DNA of 22,489 bases from Candidatus Bathyarchaeia archaeon (GTDB lineage Archaea > Thermoproteota > Bathyarchaeia > Bathyarchaeales > Bathycorpusculaceae). Of the stretch, positions 1 to 8,862 are shown in pieces. Below the pieces are notes generated by a model. It did not search any database and was not told the origin of the DNA. It saw only the letters and a list, made by a program, of their open reading frames with translations. Both the position numbers and the translations under genes were made by a program. The DNA lies in the NCBI GenBank assembly GCA_038882655.1, contig JAVZNT010000015.1:1-22489 (forward strand), written 5' to 3'. Positions within the stretch are counted from its first letter, which is position 1, and every line of letters starts with the position of its first letter.

Positions 1-17
1 ACGCATTTTAACACTGG

Positions 18-81
18 GTAGAAGCTATCAGCCCTCGCGCACAAAGAAGCGAGGGCGGTTAAAGGCGAGCTTCATCGCCTT
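18..81 (-). ncRNA. Fluoride riboswitch (crcB motif)
   Basis: Minus strand reads AAGGCGAUGAAGCUCGCCUUUAACC-GCCCUCGC-UUCUUUGUGC-GCGAGGGC-UGAUAGCUUCUAC. It shows P1 (GGCG/CGCC) with the GAUG loop, an 8-bp P2, pseudoknot GAAGCU/AGCUUC and the terminal UGAU...CUAC, matching the known fluoride aptamer architecture. Confidence 0.9.
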
Positions 82-105
82 GGAAACTGGTAAAAGTCGA
101 AAATG

Positions 106-122
106 AATATAAAGGTTTTTCG
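106..122 (-). promoter_or_regulatory. Archaeal BRE + TATA promoter for the riboswitch-led transcript
   Basis: Minus strand CGAAAAACC-TTTATATT lies about 25 nt upstream of the aptamer 5' end. Confidence 0.7.
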
Positions 123-206
123 GTGAGGCTTTAAGGCTTAAAGATGGTTCTTTTAAGCGTGTTTTTGTTGGAGATCTCTCCATAAAATCAAGGCATTAAT
201 GATAGG

Positions 207-581
207 CTACGTCTTCTTCTTTCTAATATTTCGCGTTTTCTGCGCTTTTCTGTTGAGTTTTCGTTTCTTTCCAAAGGCTTCTGGATATCTCCTTACGTCA
301 TCATGTATTGGTCTCGGAATGTTAGTCCTTGGGAAATAGACGTCCGTTCGTCCCTCCGGCGGCGCAAGAGGGTATTTGGCTTTCGCCTTTTTATAGACGA
401 ATTGATAGTTTAGATAGCAGAACATTAGAAACCAAGCCACGTGCATAGCTGCGAAAACAAATAGCTTAGTTAGTACCGAAACGATGAAAAATGGTGTGAA
501 AATGACTGTTCCAAAGAAAGAATAAATCCAGAACTTTGTCTTTCTTTTCATGCGCACGTCTCTCTTTGTTTCTTTATCCAA
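207..581 (-). CDS. Hypothetical membrane protein (about two TM helices, very basic C-terminus)
   Basis: 124-aa ORF with TTG start; hydrophobic stretch at about aa 17-62; K/R-rich tail. No family recognised, and the start may lie a few codons downstream. Confidence 0.6.
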   Translation of the reverse strand: MDKETKRDVRMKRKTKFWIYSFFGTVIFTPFFIVSVLTKLFVFAAMHVAWFLMFCYLNYQFVYKKAKAKYPLAPPEGRTDVYFPRTNIPRPIHDDVRRYPEAFGKKRKLNRKAQKTRNIRKKKT

Positions 582-726
582 TTAAAGTTTTTTGGCGGTA
601 ATAATATTCTCCTTTTGGACTCTTGATTAAGCTGTCATGAGAAATGTAATTTTCCAAGCAAAAGCTGCATATATTCTAAATACTGATTGCCTCTACATAT
701 TCTAGCAAACTGAAGGTGTTTGAGTT

Positions 727-2295
727 ATGGTGGAGATTAGGGAGCCAACTGTTGAGGAGAAGATTAGGCGTTTACGCGAAATGCGGGAACAAGCCAAACT
801 TGGCGGCGGGCTTAAACGCATAGAAGAGCAGCACGCCAAAGGCAAGCTGACCGCCAGAGAACGCATAGACCTCCTCCTAGACCCAGGAAGCTTCAACGAG
901 CTTGACCAGTTTGTGGTTCACCAGTGCACAGACTTCGGCATGGCGGAGCGCAAATATTTGGGCGACGGCGTCGTGACAGGCTACGGAACAATAAACGGAA
1001 GACTCGTCTACGTTTTCTCGCAAGATTTCACGGTTTTCGGCGGCTCGCTGGGTGAAATGTTCGCGAGAAAAGTCTGCAAACTCATGGACTTGGCGATGAA
1101 AACTGGCGCGCCGGTCATAGGCTTAAACGATTCTGGCGGAGCGCGCATTCAAGAAGGTGTTGCGAGCCTTGCGGGTTATGGCGACATATTCTTCCGCAAT
1201 GTAATGGCTTCTGGCGTAATTCCCCAAATATCCGCCATAATGGGACCCTGTGCGGGCGGAGCCGTTTACTCGCCAGCTCTCACAGACTTCATCATAATGG
1301 TGGACAAGACAAGCTACATGTTTATCACGGGACCAGATGTTGTCAAAACAGTTCTGGGGCAAGAAGTAACTTTTGAAGAGCTTGGCGGAGCCATGGTTCA
1401 CAGCCAAACCAGCGGTGTAGCCCACTTCATAGCCAAAGACGAGGAGCACTGCATCCAAATAATTAAGAGGCTTTTGAGCTATTTGCCAAGCAACTACCTT
1501 GAAGACCCGCCCTATGTGGAAACGGGCGACGACCCAAACCGCACAGACGAGGAACTGGCTCGCATAATGCCGGATGACCCAGACAAGCCTTACGACGTTA
1601 AAGAGGTCATCCAACGCGTGGTAGACAACGGCGAATTCTTCGAAGTTCAGCCTTTATGGGCGCCAAATATAGTTATAGGCTTCGCAAGGCTGAATGGGCA
1701 CCCAATTGGCATGGTGGCAAACCAACCCGCCTATTATGCTGGAGCTCTAGACATAAACTCGTCTACAAAAGCCGGAAGATTTGTGCGGTTCTGCGACTGC
1801 TTCAACATACCAATAATAACTTTCGTAGATGTGCCAGGCTTCCTGCCAGGCATAGAGCAGGAGCACGGAGGCATAATACGCCATGGCTCAAAACTGCTTT
1901 ATGCCTACTGCGAAGCCACAGTTCCAAAAATAACGGTTATACTGCGCAAGGCTTACGGCGGAGCCTACGACGTTATGGGAAGCAAGCATTCTGGCGGAGA
2001 TATAAACTATGCTTGGCCAACAGCTGAAATAGCCGTCATGGGACCTCAAGGCGCCATAAACATAATCTTCCGGAAGGAGATTGCTGAAGCTCCAGAGCCT
2101 GAGCAGAAACGCTTAAAACTTGTTAGTGACTACCGGCGGAAGTTTGCTAACCCCTATGTAGTTGCCCAGAAGGGCTACGTTGATGAAGTTATTGAGCCTG
2201 CTGAAACGAGACCAAAGCTGATTAGCGCTCTTGAAATGCTTATGACAAAACGCGAGGCTAGGCCATCAAAAAAACATGCAAACATTCCATTATAG
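727..2295 (+). CDS. Acyl-CoA carboxyltransferase (PccB/MmdA/transcarboxylase 12S-type)
   Basis: 522 aa with motifs [59 protein letters not shown] and C-terminal KKHANIPL; GGTG SD upstream. Confidence 0.93.
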   Translation: MVEIREPTVEEKIRRLREMREQAKLGGGLKRIEEQHAKGKLTARERIDLLLDPGSFNELDQFVVHQCTDFGMAERKYLGDGVVTGYGTINGRLVYVFSQDFTVFGGSLGEMFARKVCKLMDLAMKTGAPVIGLNDSGGARIQEGVASLAGYGDIFFRNVMASGVIPQISAIMGPCAGGAVYSPALTDFIIMVDKTSYMFITGPDVVKTVLGQEVTFEELGGAMVHSQTSGVAHFIAKDEEHCIQIIKRLLSYLPSNYLEDPPYVETGDDPNRTDEELARIMPDDPDKPYDVKEVIQRVVDNGEFFEVQPLWAPNIVIGFARLNGHPIGMVANQPAYYAGALDINSSTKAGRFVRFCDCFNIPIITFVDVPGFLPGIEQEHGGIIRHGSKLLYAYCEATVPKITVILRKAYGGAYDVMGSKHSGGDINYAWPTAEIAVMGPQGAINIIFRKEIAEAPEPEQKRLKLVSDYRRKFANPYVVAQKGYVDEVIEPAETRPKLISALEMLMTKREARPSKKHANIPL

Positions 2296-2351
2296 ATAAA
2301 TAAGTGCGTTTCCCAAGTTTCCCTTCTATTACCCCTTCGAAGTGAATAAGT

Positions 2352-3896
2352 TTGAGCACCAAACCAGTTAAGATTACGGATACAACGTTTCGAGACGCCC
2401 ACCAGTCGCTTATGGCGACCAGAATGCGCACGGAATCCATGCTTCCAATAGCTGAGAAAATGGACAGTGTAGGCTTCTTCTCCATGGAGGTTTGGGGAGG
2501 CGCCACCTTCGACGTTTGCATACGCTATCTAGCGGAAGACCCTTGGGATAGAATCCGCAAACTTAAGAGGCATATTAGGCACACGCCACTGCAGATGCTT
2601 TTGAGGGGACAGAATGTTGTTGGTTACAGGAACTATCCAGACGATGTTGTCATAAAATTTGTTGAAAAAGCCGCTGAAAACGGCATAGACATATTCCGTG
2701 TTTTCGACGCCTTAAACGATGTCCGTAACATGGAAATCGCCATAAAAACCGTCAAGCGAGTGGGAAGACACGCGCAGGGCACGATGTGCTATACCATAAG
2801 CCCAGTCCACACAATAGGCTATTATGTGGATGTCGCCAAAAAGTTGGCTGAGCTTGGCTGCAACTCCATATGCATAAAGGACATGGCTGGGATGTTGGCA
2901 CCCCAACCAGCCTACGAACTTATAACAGCTCTAAAAAGGGAGGTGGGCTTGCCGGTGCACCTGCATTGTCACTGCACCAGCGGAATGGCTATGATGACCT
3001 ATCTGCGGGCATGCGAAGCCGGAGTAGACATAATAGACACGGCTTTTTCGCCGCTGGCATGGGGCACATCCCAACCGCCAGTAGAATCCATAGTCGCAGC
3101 CCTGAAAGGGACGCCCTACGACCCCGTACTTAACATGGAGCTTTTACAGGAGATTGCCGAATACTTTAGAGGGCTCAGAGAGAAATACTATGACCCGTTG
3201 GGGCTCATAGACCCAAAAGCTGAAAAAGTCGACCCTTCTATAATGATTCACCAGATTCCGGGCGGGATGTTCTCCAACCTCCTCGAGCAGTTGAGGGAGC
3301 AGAACGCTGTGCACAGGCTTAAGGAGGTTCTTGAAGAAGTTCCAAGGGTTAGAAGGGAGCTTGGCTATCCGCCGCTTGTTACGCCTACAAGCCAGCTTGT
3401 GGGCATCCAAGCTGTACTCAATGTTTTGTCTGGAAAACGCTACAGTATAGTGCCAAAGGAAATAAAGGACTATGTTAAAGGGTTTTATGGGCGACCTTCA
3501 GCCCCAATAGATGAGGAAGTTAAGAAGCTCATAGTTGGTGATGAGGAGCCCATAACTTGCCGTCCAGCAGACCTTCTTGAACCAGCTCTATACAAGATTC
3601 CGGAGGATGTTAAACCCTACATTGAAAGCGAGGAGGACATGCTCACATACGCCTTGTTTCCAACCATAGCCCCAGAATTCTTCAAGAAACGGAAAGCAAA
3701 ACAGGAGGAAGCCAAAAAAGGCATATTATCCGAAAAAATGGCGGAACTGGAGCAGGTGGCAGCTGTTTCCGCAGCTGTCGCTGCCTACATGGTAAGCCTA
3801 GGCGAGGTGAAAGCCCTAACCCTCCAAAGAGCTAGGCGTGGAATGTCGCCTTGGGTTCTTTCTGGAAGACAAAGCCTAGCAGAGCATGGTGTTTAA
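2352..3896 (+). CDS. Pyruvate/oxaloacetate carboxyltransferase (transcarboxylase 5S/OadA/PycB-type) without a biotinyl domain
   Basis: 514 aa, TTG start; motifs RDAHQS, EVWGGATFD, LQMLLRGQN, IKDMAG (carbamylated Lys), HCH metal ligands and GYPPLVTPTSQ. No MKM biotin motif. Confidence 0.92.
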   Translation: MSTKPVKITDTTFRDAHQSLMATRMRTESMLPIAEKMDSVGFFSMEVWGGATFDVCIRYLAEDPWDRIRKLKRHIRHTPLQMLLRGQNVVGYRNYPDDVVIKFVEKAAENGIDIFRVFDALNDVRNMEIAIKTVKRVGRHAQGTMCYTISPVHTIGYYVDVAKKLAELGCNSICIKDMAGMLAPQPAYELITALKREVGLPVHLHCHCTSGMAMMTYLRACEAGVDIIDTAFSPLAWGTSQPPVESIVAALKGTPYDPVLNMELLQEIAEYFRGLREKYYDPLGLIDPKAEKVDPSIMIHQIPGGMFSNLLEQLREQNAVHRLKEVLEEVPRVRRELGYPPLVTPTSQLVGIQAVLNVLSGKRYSIVPKEIKDYVKGFYGRPSAPIDEEVKKLIVGDEEPITCRPADLLEPALYKIPEDVKPYIESEEDMLTYALFPTIAPEFFKKRKAKQEEAKKGILSEKMAELEQVAAVSAAVAAYMVSLGEVKALTLQRARRGMSPWVLSGRQSLAEHGV

Positions 3897-4458
3897 AGTG
3901 CCAACTTACGAGATTTTCATAAACGGAAAACCATGGCGAATTGAAATTTCAAAAACTGGCGAAAAGACTTTCTCAGTCAAGCTTGGAGACAAATCCCTCA
4001 ACGTGGAAATTCCAGACGATAAGTTTCAGCCTAAAAAACAGTTCCAAATAAAAATGGGCGATAAGGCATATGCTGTGGCTTTCCAGGGAGTTAGCAAGAT
4101 AAAACCTTTCACGATTAGGGTTGAAGAGGCATCCTTCAAGGCGGAACTGAAAACTCCCACACTGGCGCGACTGGCTGTTTCACCATCCATGAAGCAAGCA
4201 CTACAGGCACCTATATTAAAAACAGTAAAGCCTAAACAAGTGATTTCTGGAACTGTTACGGCTCCTATGACTGGCAAAATAGTATCCATAAAAGTTGGGA
4301 GGGGCGAACAGGTTAAGGCTGGACAAGTGTTATGCATTTTGGAAGCCATGAAGATGGAAAATGAGATTACGGCGCCGGTGGCTGGAACGATCCGTGAAAT
4401 TCTAGTTTCCGAAGGCGCCTCTGTGAGTGACGGGGACCCCCTATTTGTTATAGGCTAA
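3886..4458 (+). CDS. Biotin carboxyl carrier protein
   Basis: C-terminal biotinyl domain VTAPMTGKI...LEAMKMENEI.AP..G; start overlaps the upstream stop by 11 nt. Confidence 0.92.
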   Translation: MVFKVPTYEIFINGKPWRIEISKTGEKTFSVKLGDKSLNVEIPDDKFQPKKQFQIKMGDKAYAVAFQGVSKIKPFTIRVEEASFKAELKTPTLARLAVSPSMKQALQAPILKTVKPKQVISGTVTAPMTGKIVSIKVGRGEQVKAGQVLCILEAMKMENEITAPVAGTIREILVSEGASVSDGDPLFVIG

Positions 4459-4460
4459 GG

Positions 4461-6140
4461 CTAGAATATGGATGGAGGCTTGTATTCTCCGAAAACTTGG
4501 CGGAGGGTGTCGCATATTTCACCAAGCGTGGCGTATTCTTTAACAGCCTGAATTATGAAAGGCATTAGGTTTACATCTTCATTCTCTGCAGCGTTCTGCA
4601 AACTGTCTAAGGCTTCCTTAACTTTTGTGTTATTTCTTTGGCGTTTCACCTCCTTTAAGCGTTTTATCAACGTTTTTTCAATTTCCGGGTCTATCCGCAA
4701 AATTTTGATTGGCGTTTTCTCTTTGCTTGTGAACTCATTGACGCCGACAACTATGCGCTTTTTGCTTTCTATCTCCTTCTGGTAGCGGTAGGCACTTTCC
4801 ATTATTTCCCTCTGCATGAAGCCTTTTTCTATGGCGGCAACAGCCCCGCCCATCTCATCTATCTGCTCAATGTATTTTGCTGCTTTCTCCTCAATCTGGC
4901 TTGTCAAGTACTCTACATAATAGGAGCCGCCAAGCGGGTCAATGGTATCTGCTACTTCGCTTTCGTAAGCTATTATCTGCTGAGTTCTAAGTGCAATTGT
5001 GACCGCCTGCTCACTTGGCAAGGCATACGCCTCGTCAAAAGAGTTTGTGTGTAATGACTGGGTTCCGCCGAGGACGGCGGCTAAGGCCTGAATTGTTGTG
5101 CGGACAATGTTGTTTAGGGGCTGCTGAGCTGTAAGCGAAACCCCAGAAGTTTGCGTGTGAAAGCGCAGCATCCAAGAGGCTGGATTTTTGGCGCCGAAGC
5201 GCTTCCGCGTAATATGTGCCCACAAGCGTCTGGCAGCTCTAAACTTTGCAACTTCCTCGAAAAGGTTATTATGCGCTGCAAAAAAGAAGGAAAGTCTACC
5301 AGCGAATTTGTCAACATCTAAGCCTCTTTCAATCGCGGCTTGCACATAGGCTATGGCATTAGCAAAGGTGAAGGCTACTTCTTGAACCGCCGTGGCGCCA
5401 GCCTCTCGAATGTGATAGCCGCTTATGCTTATGGTGTTCCACTTCGGCACATTTTTGGCGCAGTACTCGAAAATGTCTGTGACTAGACGCATGGAAGGCT
5501 TCGGCGGAAAAATATACATGCCTCTGGCAACATACTCTTTCAAAATGTCGTTCTGAACAGTGCCATCAAGCACGTTTTGCGGAACACCCTGCTTCTCGCC
5601 CACAACAATGTACATGGCAAGCAAAACAGCCGCAGGGGCATTAATCGTCATAGACGTTGTAATCTTATCCAATGGTATGTCATCAAAAACAATTTCCATA
5701 TCTCGCAAAGTGCTTACGCTTACGCCAGCCTTGCCCACTTCTCCTCTCGCCATGGGATGGTCACAGTCATAGCCCACCTGAGTGGGAAAGTCAAAAGCCA
5801 CGCTCAACCCGGTCTGCCCTTGACTTAACAAGTATTTGAAACGCTGGTTCGTCTGCTCAGCAGTGCCAAAGCCAGCATACTGCCTCATAGTCCAAAAACG
5901 AGCCCGATACATTGTGGGGTAAACGCCGCGTGTAAAGGGATACTCACCAGGAAAACCTAAATTCCCAAAATAGTTGAGGTTAGCGATGTCTTCTGGCGTG
6001 TAAAGGCGTTTCACTGGTATGTCTGAACTTGTGGAAAACTCACCCCGTTCTGGAAGCCTCTCAATACTTTTAGCTACAGTCTCCCTTTCCCAACGCTCCT
6101 TTTCACGTTTAATTTTTCCCAGCTGTTCCTTGTCAAACAA
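4461..6140 (-). CDS. mcmA1: Methylmalonyl-CoA mutase, large (substrate-binding) subunit
   Basis: 559 aa; [19 protein letters not shown] (Tyr specificity residue), [15 protein letters not shown] (Arg), [25 protein letters not shown]. No DxHxxG B12-binding domain, so this is the split enzyme form. Confidence 0.93.
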   Translation of the reverse strand: MFDKEQLGKIKREKERWERETVAKSIERLPERGEFSTSSDIPVKRLYTPEDIANLNYFGNLGFPGEYPFTRGVYPTMYRARFWTMRQYAGFGTAEQTNQRFKYLLSQGQTGLSVAFDFPTQVGYDCDHPMARGEVGKAGVSVSTLRDMEIVFDDIPLDKITTSMTINAPAAVLLAMYIVVGEKQGVPQNVLDGTVQNDILKEYVARGMYIFPPKPSMRLVTDIFEYCAKNVPKWNTISISGYHIREAGATAVQEVAFTFANAIAYVQAAIERGLDVDKFAGRLSFFFAAHNNLFEEVAKFRAARRLWAHITRKRFGAKNPASWMLRFHTQTSGVSLTAQQPLNNIVRTTIQALAAVLGGTQSLHTNSFDEAYALPSEQAVTIALRTQQIIAYESEVADTIDPLGGSYYVEYLTSQIEEKAAKYIEQIDEMGGAVAAIEKGFMQREIMESAYRYQKEIESKKRIVVGVNEFTSKEKTPIKILRIDPEIEKTLIKRLKEVKRQRNNTKVKEALDSLQNAAENEDVNLMPFIIQAVKEYATLGEICDTLRQVFGEYKPPSIF

Positions 6141-6259
6141 AGCGGGTGCACCAAAGACTACATTGATGGAAAGAATATAAATGGTTATTTCGAAGAGGTT
6201 GCAAGAAACAAATATAAGAAATTCTAACTCATTTAATCTTGAAGGTGGGGCTAACGAAA

Positions 6260-6553
6260 TTGAAGGTTAAAGTTGAATACATTGGGCACATTAAAGAGAT
6301 AATCCGCAGCGGTAGAGAAGAAGAGCTTGAGATCTCTGAAGGCGCTTCACTTGCAGATTTGCTTTCTATGCTTGCTGAAAAATATGGCGAGCCCTTCCAT
6401 AAAGCAGTCTACGAACCAGGCGGATCAGATATTAAGCAAAGCTTCATAATAACAGTTAATGGCTACCTCCTTAACCAGCTGAGCGGCGGTGTGGAAACAA
6501 AACTTAAACATGGAGACCACGTAATCCTTATGTCAATTGTTAGCGGTGGCTAA
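6260..6553 (+). CDS. Ubiquitin-like MoaD/ThiS/SAMP family protein
   Basis: Beta-grasp pattern (KVKVEY..., [14 protein letters not shown]) ending in di-glycine VSGG. TTG start at 6260 chosen because of the GGTGGGG SD; ORF track starts at 6239. Confidence 0.85.
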   Translation: MKVKVEYIGHIKEIIRSGREEELEISEGASLADLLSMLAEKYGEPFHKAVYEPGGSDIKQSFIITVNGYLLNQLSGGVETKLKHGDHVILMSIVSGG

Positions 6554-6636
6554 AAGTTCTTAGTTTAAATCTCAAATTACGGAACATTTTATAAGCCAAA
6601 CACACAGCACATATTCTCTTCAAAAGGTGAAAAGCT

Positions 6637-7698
6637 TTGAAAAGAATGGACGCCTTAAAACAGAAAGCCTTTGAAGAGAAGGGTTTTGATGGCTTCCTAA
6701 TAACAAACGAGGCAAACATGCTCTATTTTGCCGGCTTCCCAGGAGCCGCATGCCTCCTATTCCCAAAAAATGGCGAGAACTTGCTTTATGTCTATGGCGT
6801 GAATTATGAGCAGGCAAAAGCCGAGGGAAAAGGGTTCAAGGTTGAGCTTGTAAAACGCGACGAAAACCTAGCGGCAAGGGTTGCCGCCCAAATAAAGGGT
6901 TTAAGCATTAAAAAACTCGCCTTCGACACATTAACATTTGAAAATTATCGCGGTTTCACAAAGTTTCTTCGGGGTAAGGCTAAACTTAAGCCTCAAGGCA
7001 AGCTTGTCTGGGAACTCCGCAAAGTGAAAGACGCTGAAGAGCTGGAGCTGATGCGCAAAGCCGGAGAGCTCACATGTGAGGGAATGAAGGCAGCCTACGA
7101 AGTTATACGTCCTGGCATACGCGAATACGAGGCTGCAGCCGAAATAGAATACGCCATGAGAAATAAAGGCTCATGGGGAACAGCCTTCGACACCATAGTG
7201 GCTTCTGGCGTGCGCTCCGCTTTTCCTCATGGAGGATGCACAGACAGGGAAATTCGCGAAGGCGACTTGGTTGTTGTGGACATAGGCGCATCTTATCGCT
7301 ATTACCGCTCAGACATGACAAGGACGATGGTGGCTGGAAAGCCTTCAGAAAAACAGAAACGCCTATACGAAATCGTGAAAATCGCCCAACAGAAGGCTAT
7401 TCAAGCCTTAAAGGCGAAGGCGAAAGCGAAAGACATAGACGCGGTGGCAAGAAAAGTTATCGAAGAAACTGGATACGGCGAATACTTTGTTCACAGCTTA
7501 GGCCACGGCGTAGGCCTAGAAGTGCATGAACCCCCAATTGTTGGCCCTCAAAGCAGGGATAAATTAGTGGTAGGAAATGTTGTGACCATCGAGCCTGGCA
7601 TATACATTGTGGAGTTTGGAGGCATCCGCGTAGAAGACACGGTACTCGTGAAGACGCAGTGTGGAGAAAAATTGACTAATGGATGGTATACTCTATAA
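6637..7698 (+). CDS. pepQ: Xaa-Pro aminopeptidase/prolidase (M24B)
   Basis: Motifs LRKVKD.EEL, PHG, VVVDIG...YRSDMTRT, HSLGHGVGLEVHEPP, TIEPGIY, GIRVED; GGTGA SD followed by TTG. Confidence 0.9.
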   Translation: MKRMDALKQKAFEEKGFDGFLITNEANMLYFAGFPGAACLLFPKNGENLLYVYGVNYEQAKAEGKGFKVELVKRDENLAARVAAQIKGLSIKKLAFDTLTFENYRGFTKFLRGKAKLKPQGKLVWELRKVKDAEELELMRKAGELTCEGMKAAYEVIRPGIREYEAAAEIEYAMRNKGSWGTAFDTIVASGVRSAFPHGGCTDREIREGDLVVVDIGASYRYYRSDMTRTMVAGKPSEKQKRLYEIVKIAQQKAIQALKAKAKAKDIDAVARKVIEETGYGEYFVHSLGHGVGLEVHEPPIVGPQSRDKLVVGNVVTIEPGIYIVEFGGIRVEDTVLVKTQCGEKLTNGWYTL

Positions 7699-7723
7699 GC
7701 CATAAAAATTGAGTAGAGGATGC

Positions 7724-8092
7724 TTACCGATTTGCCATACTAGAGACGGCCTTTAAAACTTTGAGGATTTCTGTCGCGTCTTCGTACTTTTTACCATCAA
7801 TTATAACTATAGGCGTTTTCTTAACCCCTTTCTTCAAAGCCTTTAGTTTGTCGGCTAAACGGGAAACATCATAAACCAGCAATTCATCGTCAGTTTCTTT
7901 CACCATTCGCAAAGCCTGCTCCAAAACTATGTAGTCCTCCTGTCGTAATATGCGCCCTTTAAATTTGGATGCTAAATCCCGGTAAGCCCAGTTAACCATT
8001 TCAGGTCCGCAAAACGTATGCTGTGACATTTCTCTGTAAAAGCCTATGTCCACGGATGGTGAAGCTGAGCGAACAAAAACTTCAATTAGCAT
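7724..8092 (-). CDS. Hypothetical protein with a thioredoxin/glutaredoxin-like C-terminal half
   Basis: GVKKTPIVIIDGKKY resembles the cis-Pro loop of Trx/Grx folds; no CxxC. ATG at 8092 follows a GGTGG SD. Confidence 0.6.
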   Translation of the reverse strand: MLIEVFVRSASPSVDIGFYREMSQHTFCGPEMVNWAYRDLASKFKGRILRQEDYIVLEQALRMVKETDDELLVYDVSRLADKLKALKKGVKKTPIVIIDGKKYEDATEILKVLKAVSSMANR

Positions 8093-8268
8093 TACTACCA
8101 CCGATAATTTAATCAAAAATTGAAATATTTAATTTTGCCGAACGCCACATGCTAAACGAGCTTCAATCGTTGAAGATGAATAGGTGCATATATTATGCCT
8201 AGCAGTTTTGTTACAAAATCTTTAGAAAGAGAAAATGATAAAGCTATAACTAGTGAGAAGTGTTAGGT

Positions 8269-8862
8269 ATGTCGGAGAGAATGTGTGTTATAATAATTGA
8301 TATGCTTAATGATTTTATCACTGGCGATTTGAGGTGTGAAAGAGCCCAGCACATAATCCCAAATCTTAAGAGGCTTGTTGAGGCAGCCCGCAAATATGGC
8401 ATTCCCGTAATTTACAGCAATGATGCACATTATCCCAACGACCCCGAGGTTGTCCACCGTTGGGGGAAACACGCCATAAAAGGCACGAAGGGCGCTGAGG
8501 TTATACCAGAGCTTAAGCCCACCGATAAGGACTTTGTTGTAGAGAAGAGAACCTACAGCGGCTTTTATGAGACTGGTTTGGATCCGCTTTTGAGAAGCCT
8601 ATACAATGGCGAAGGTGTAAAAACTGTTGTTTTAGGCGGTTTGCACACGCACATATGTGTTAGGCACACGGCTGCAGACGCCTTCTTCAGAGGCTACAAA
8701 ATAATTGTGGCAAAGGATGGCGTGGAATCTTTCACGCAAGAGGATCACGAGCAAGGTTTGAAGTATTTAGAATATGTTTACAATGCAAAAATAATGAATG
8801 TTGACGAGATTATAAGGGAGATGGCGAAGAGCAGAAGGCAAGGCAAAAGCCATGCAAAATAA
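8269..8862 (+). CDS. Isochorismatase/nicotinamidase-family cysteine hydrolase
   Basis: Catalytic triad motifs IIDMLNDF (Asp), EKRTYSGF (Lys) and HICVRHT (Cys); DAH...WGKH metal-binding region. Alternative GTG start at 8260. Confidence 0.88.
   Translation: MSERMCVIIIDMLNDFITGDLRCERAQHIIPNLKRLVEAARKYGIPVIYSNDAHYPNDPEVVHRWGKHAIKGTKGAEVIPELKPTDKDFVVEKRTYSGFYETGLDPLLRSLYNGEGVKTVVLGGLHTHICVRHTAADAFFRGYKIIVAKDGVESFTQEDHEQGLKYLEYVYNAKIMNVDEIIREMAKSRRQGKSHAK

Noticed and set aside
727-4458. Na+-translocating decarboxylase or ATP-dependent 3-HP/4-HB cycle carboxylase
   Set aside because: No membrane beta subunit or biotin carboxylase in the window; still possible if these are encoded elsewhere.
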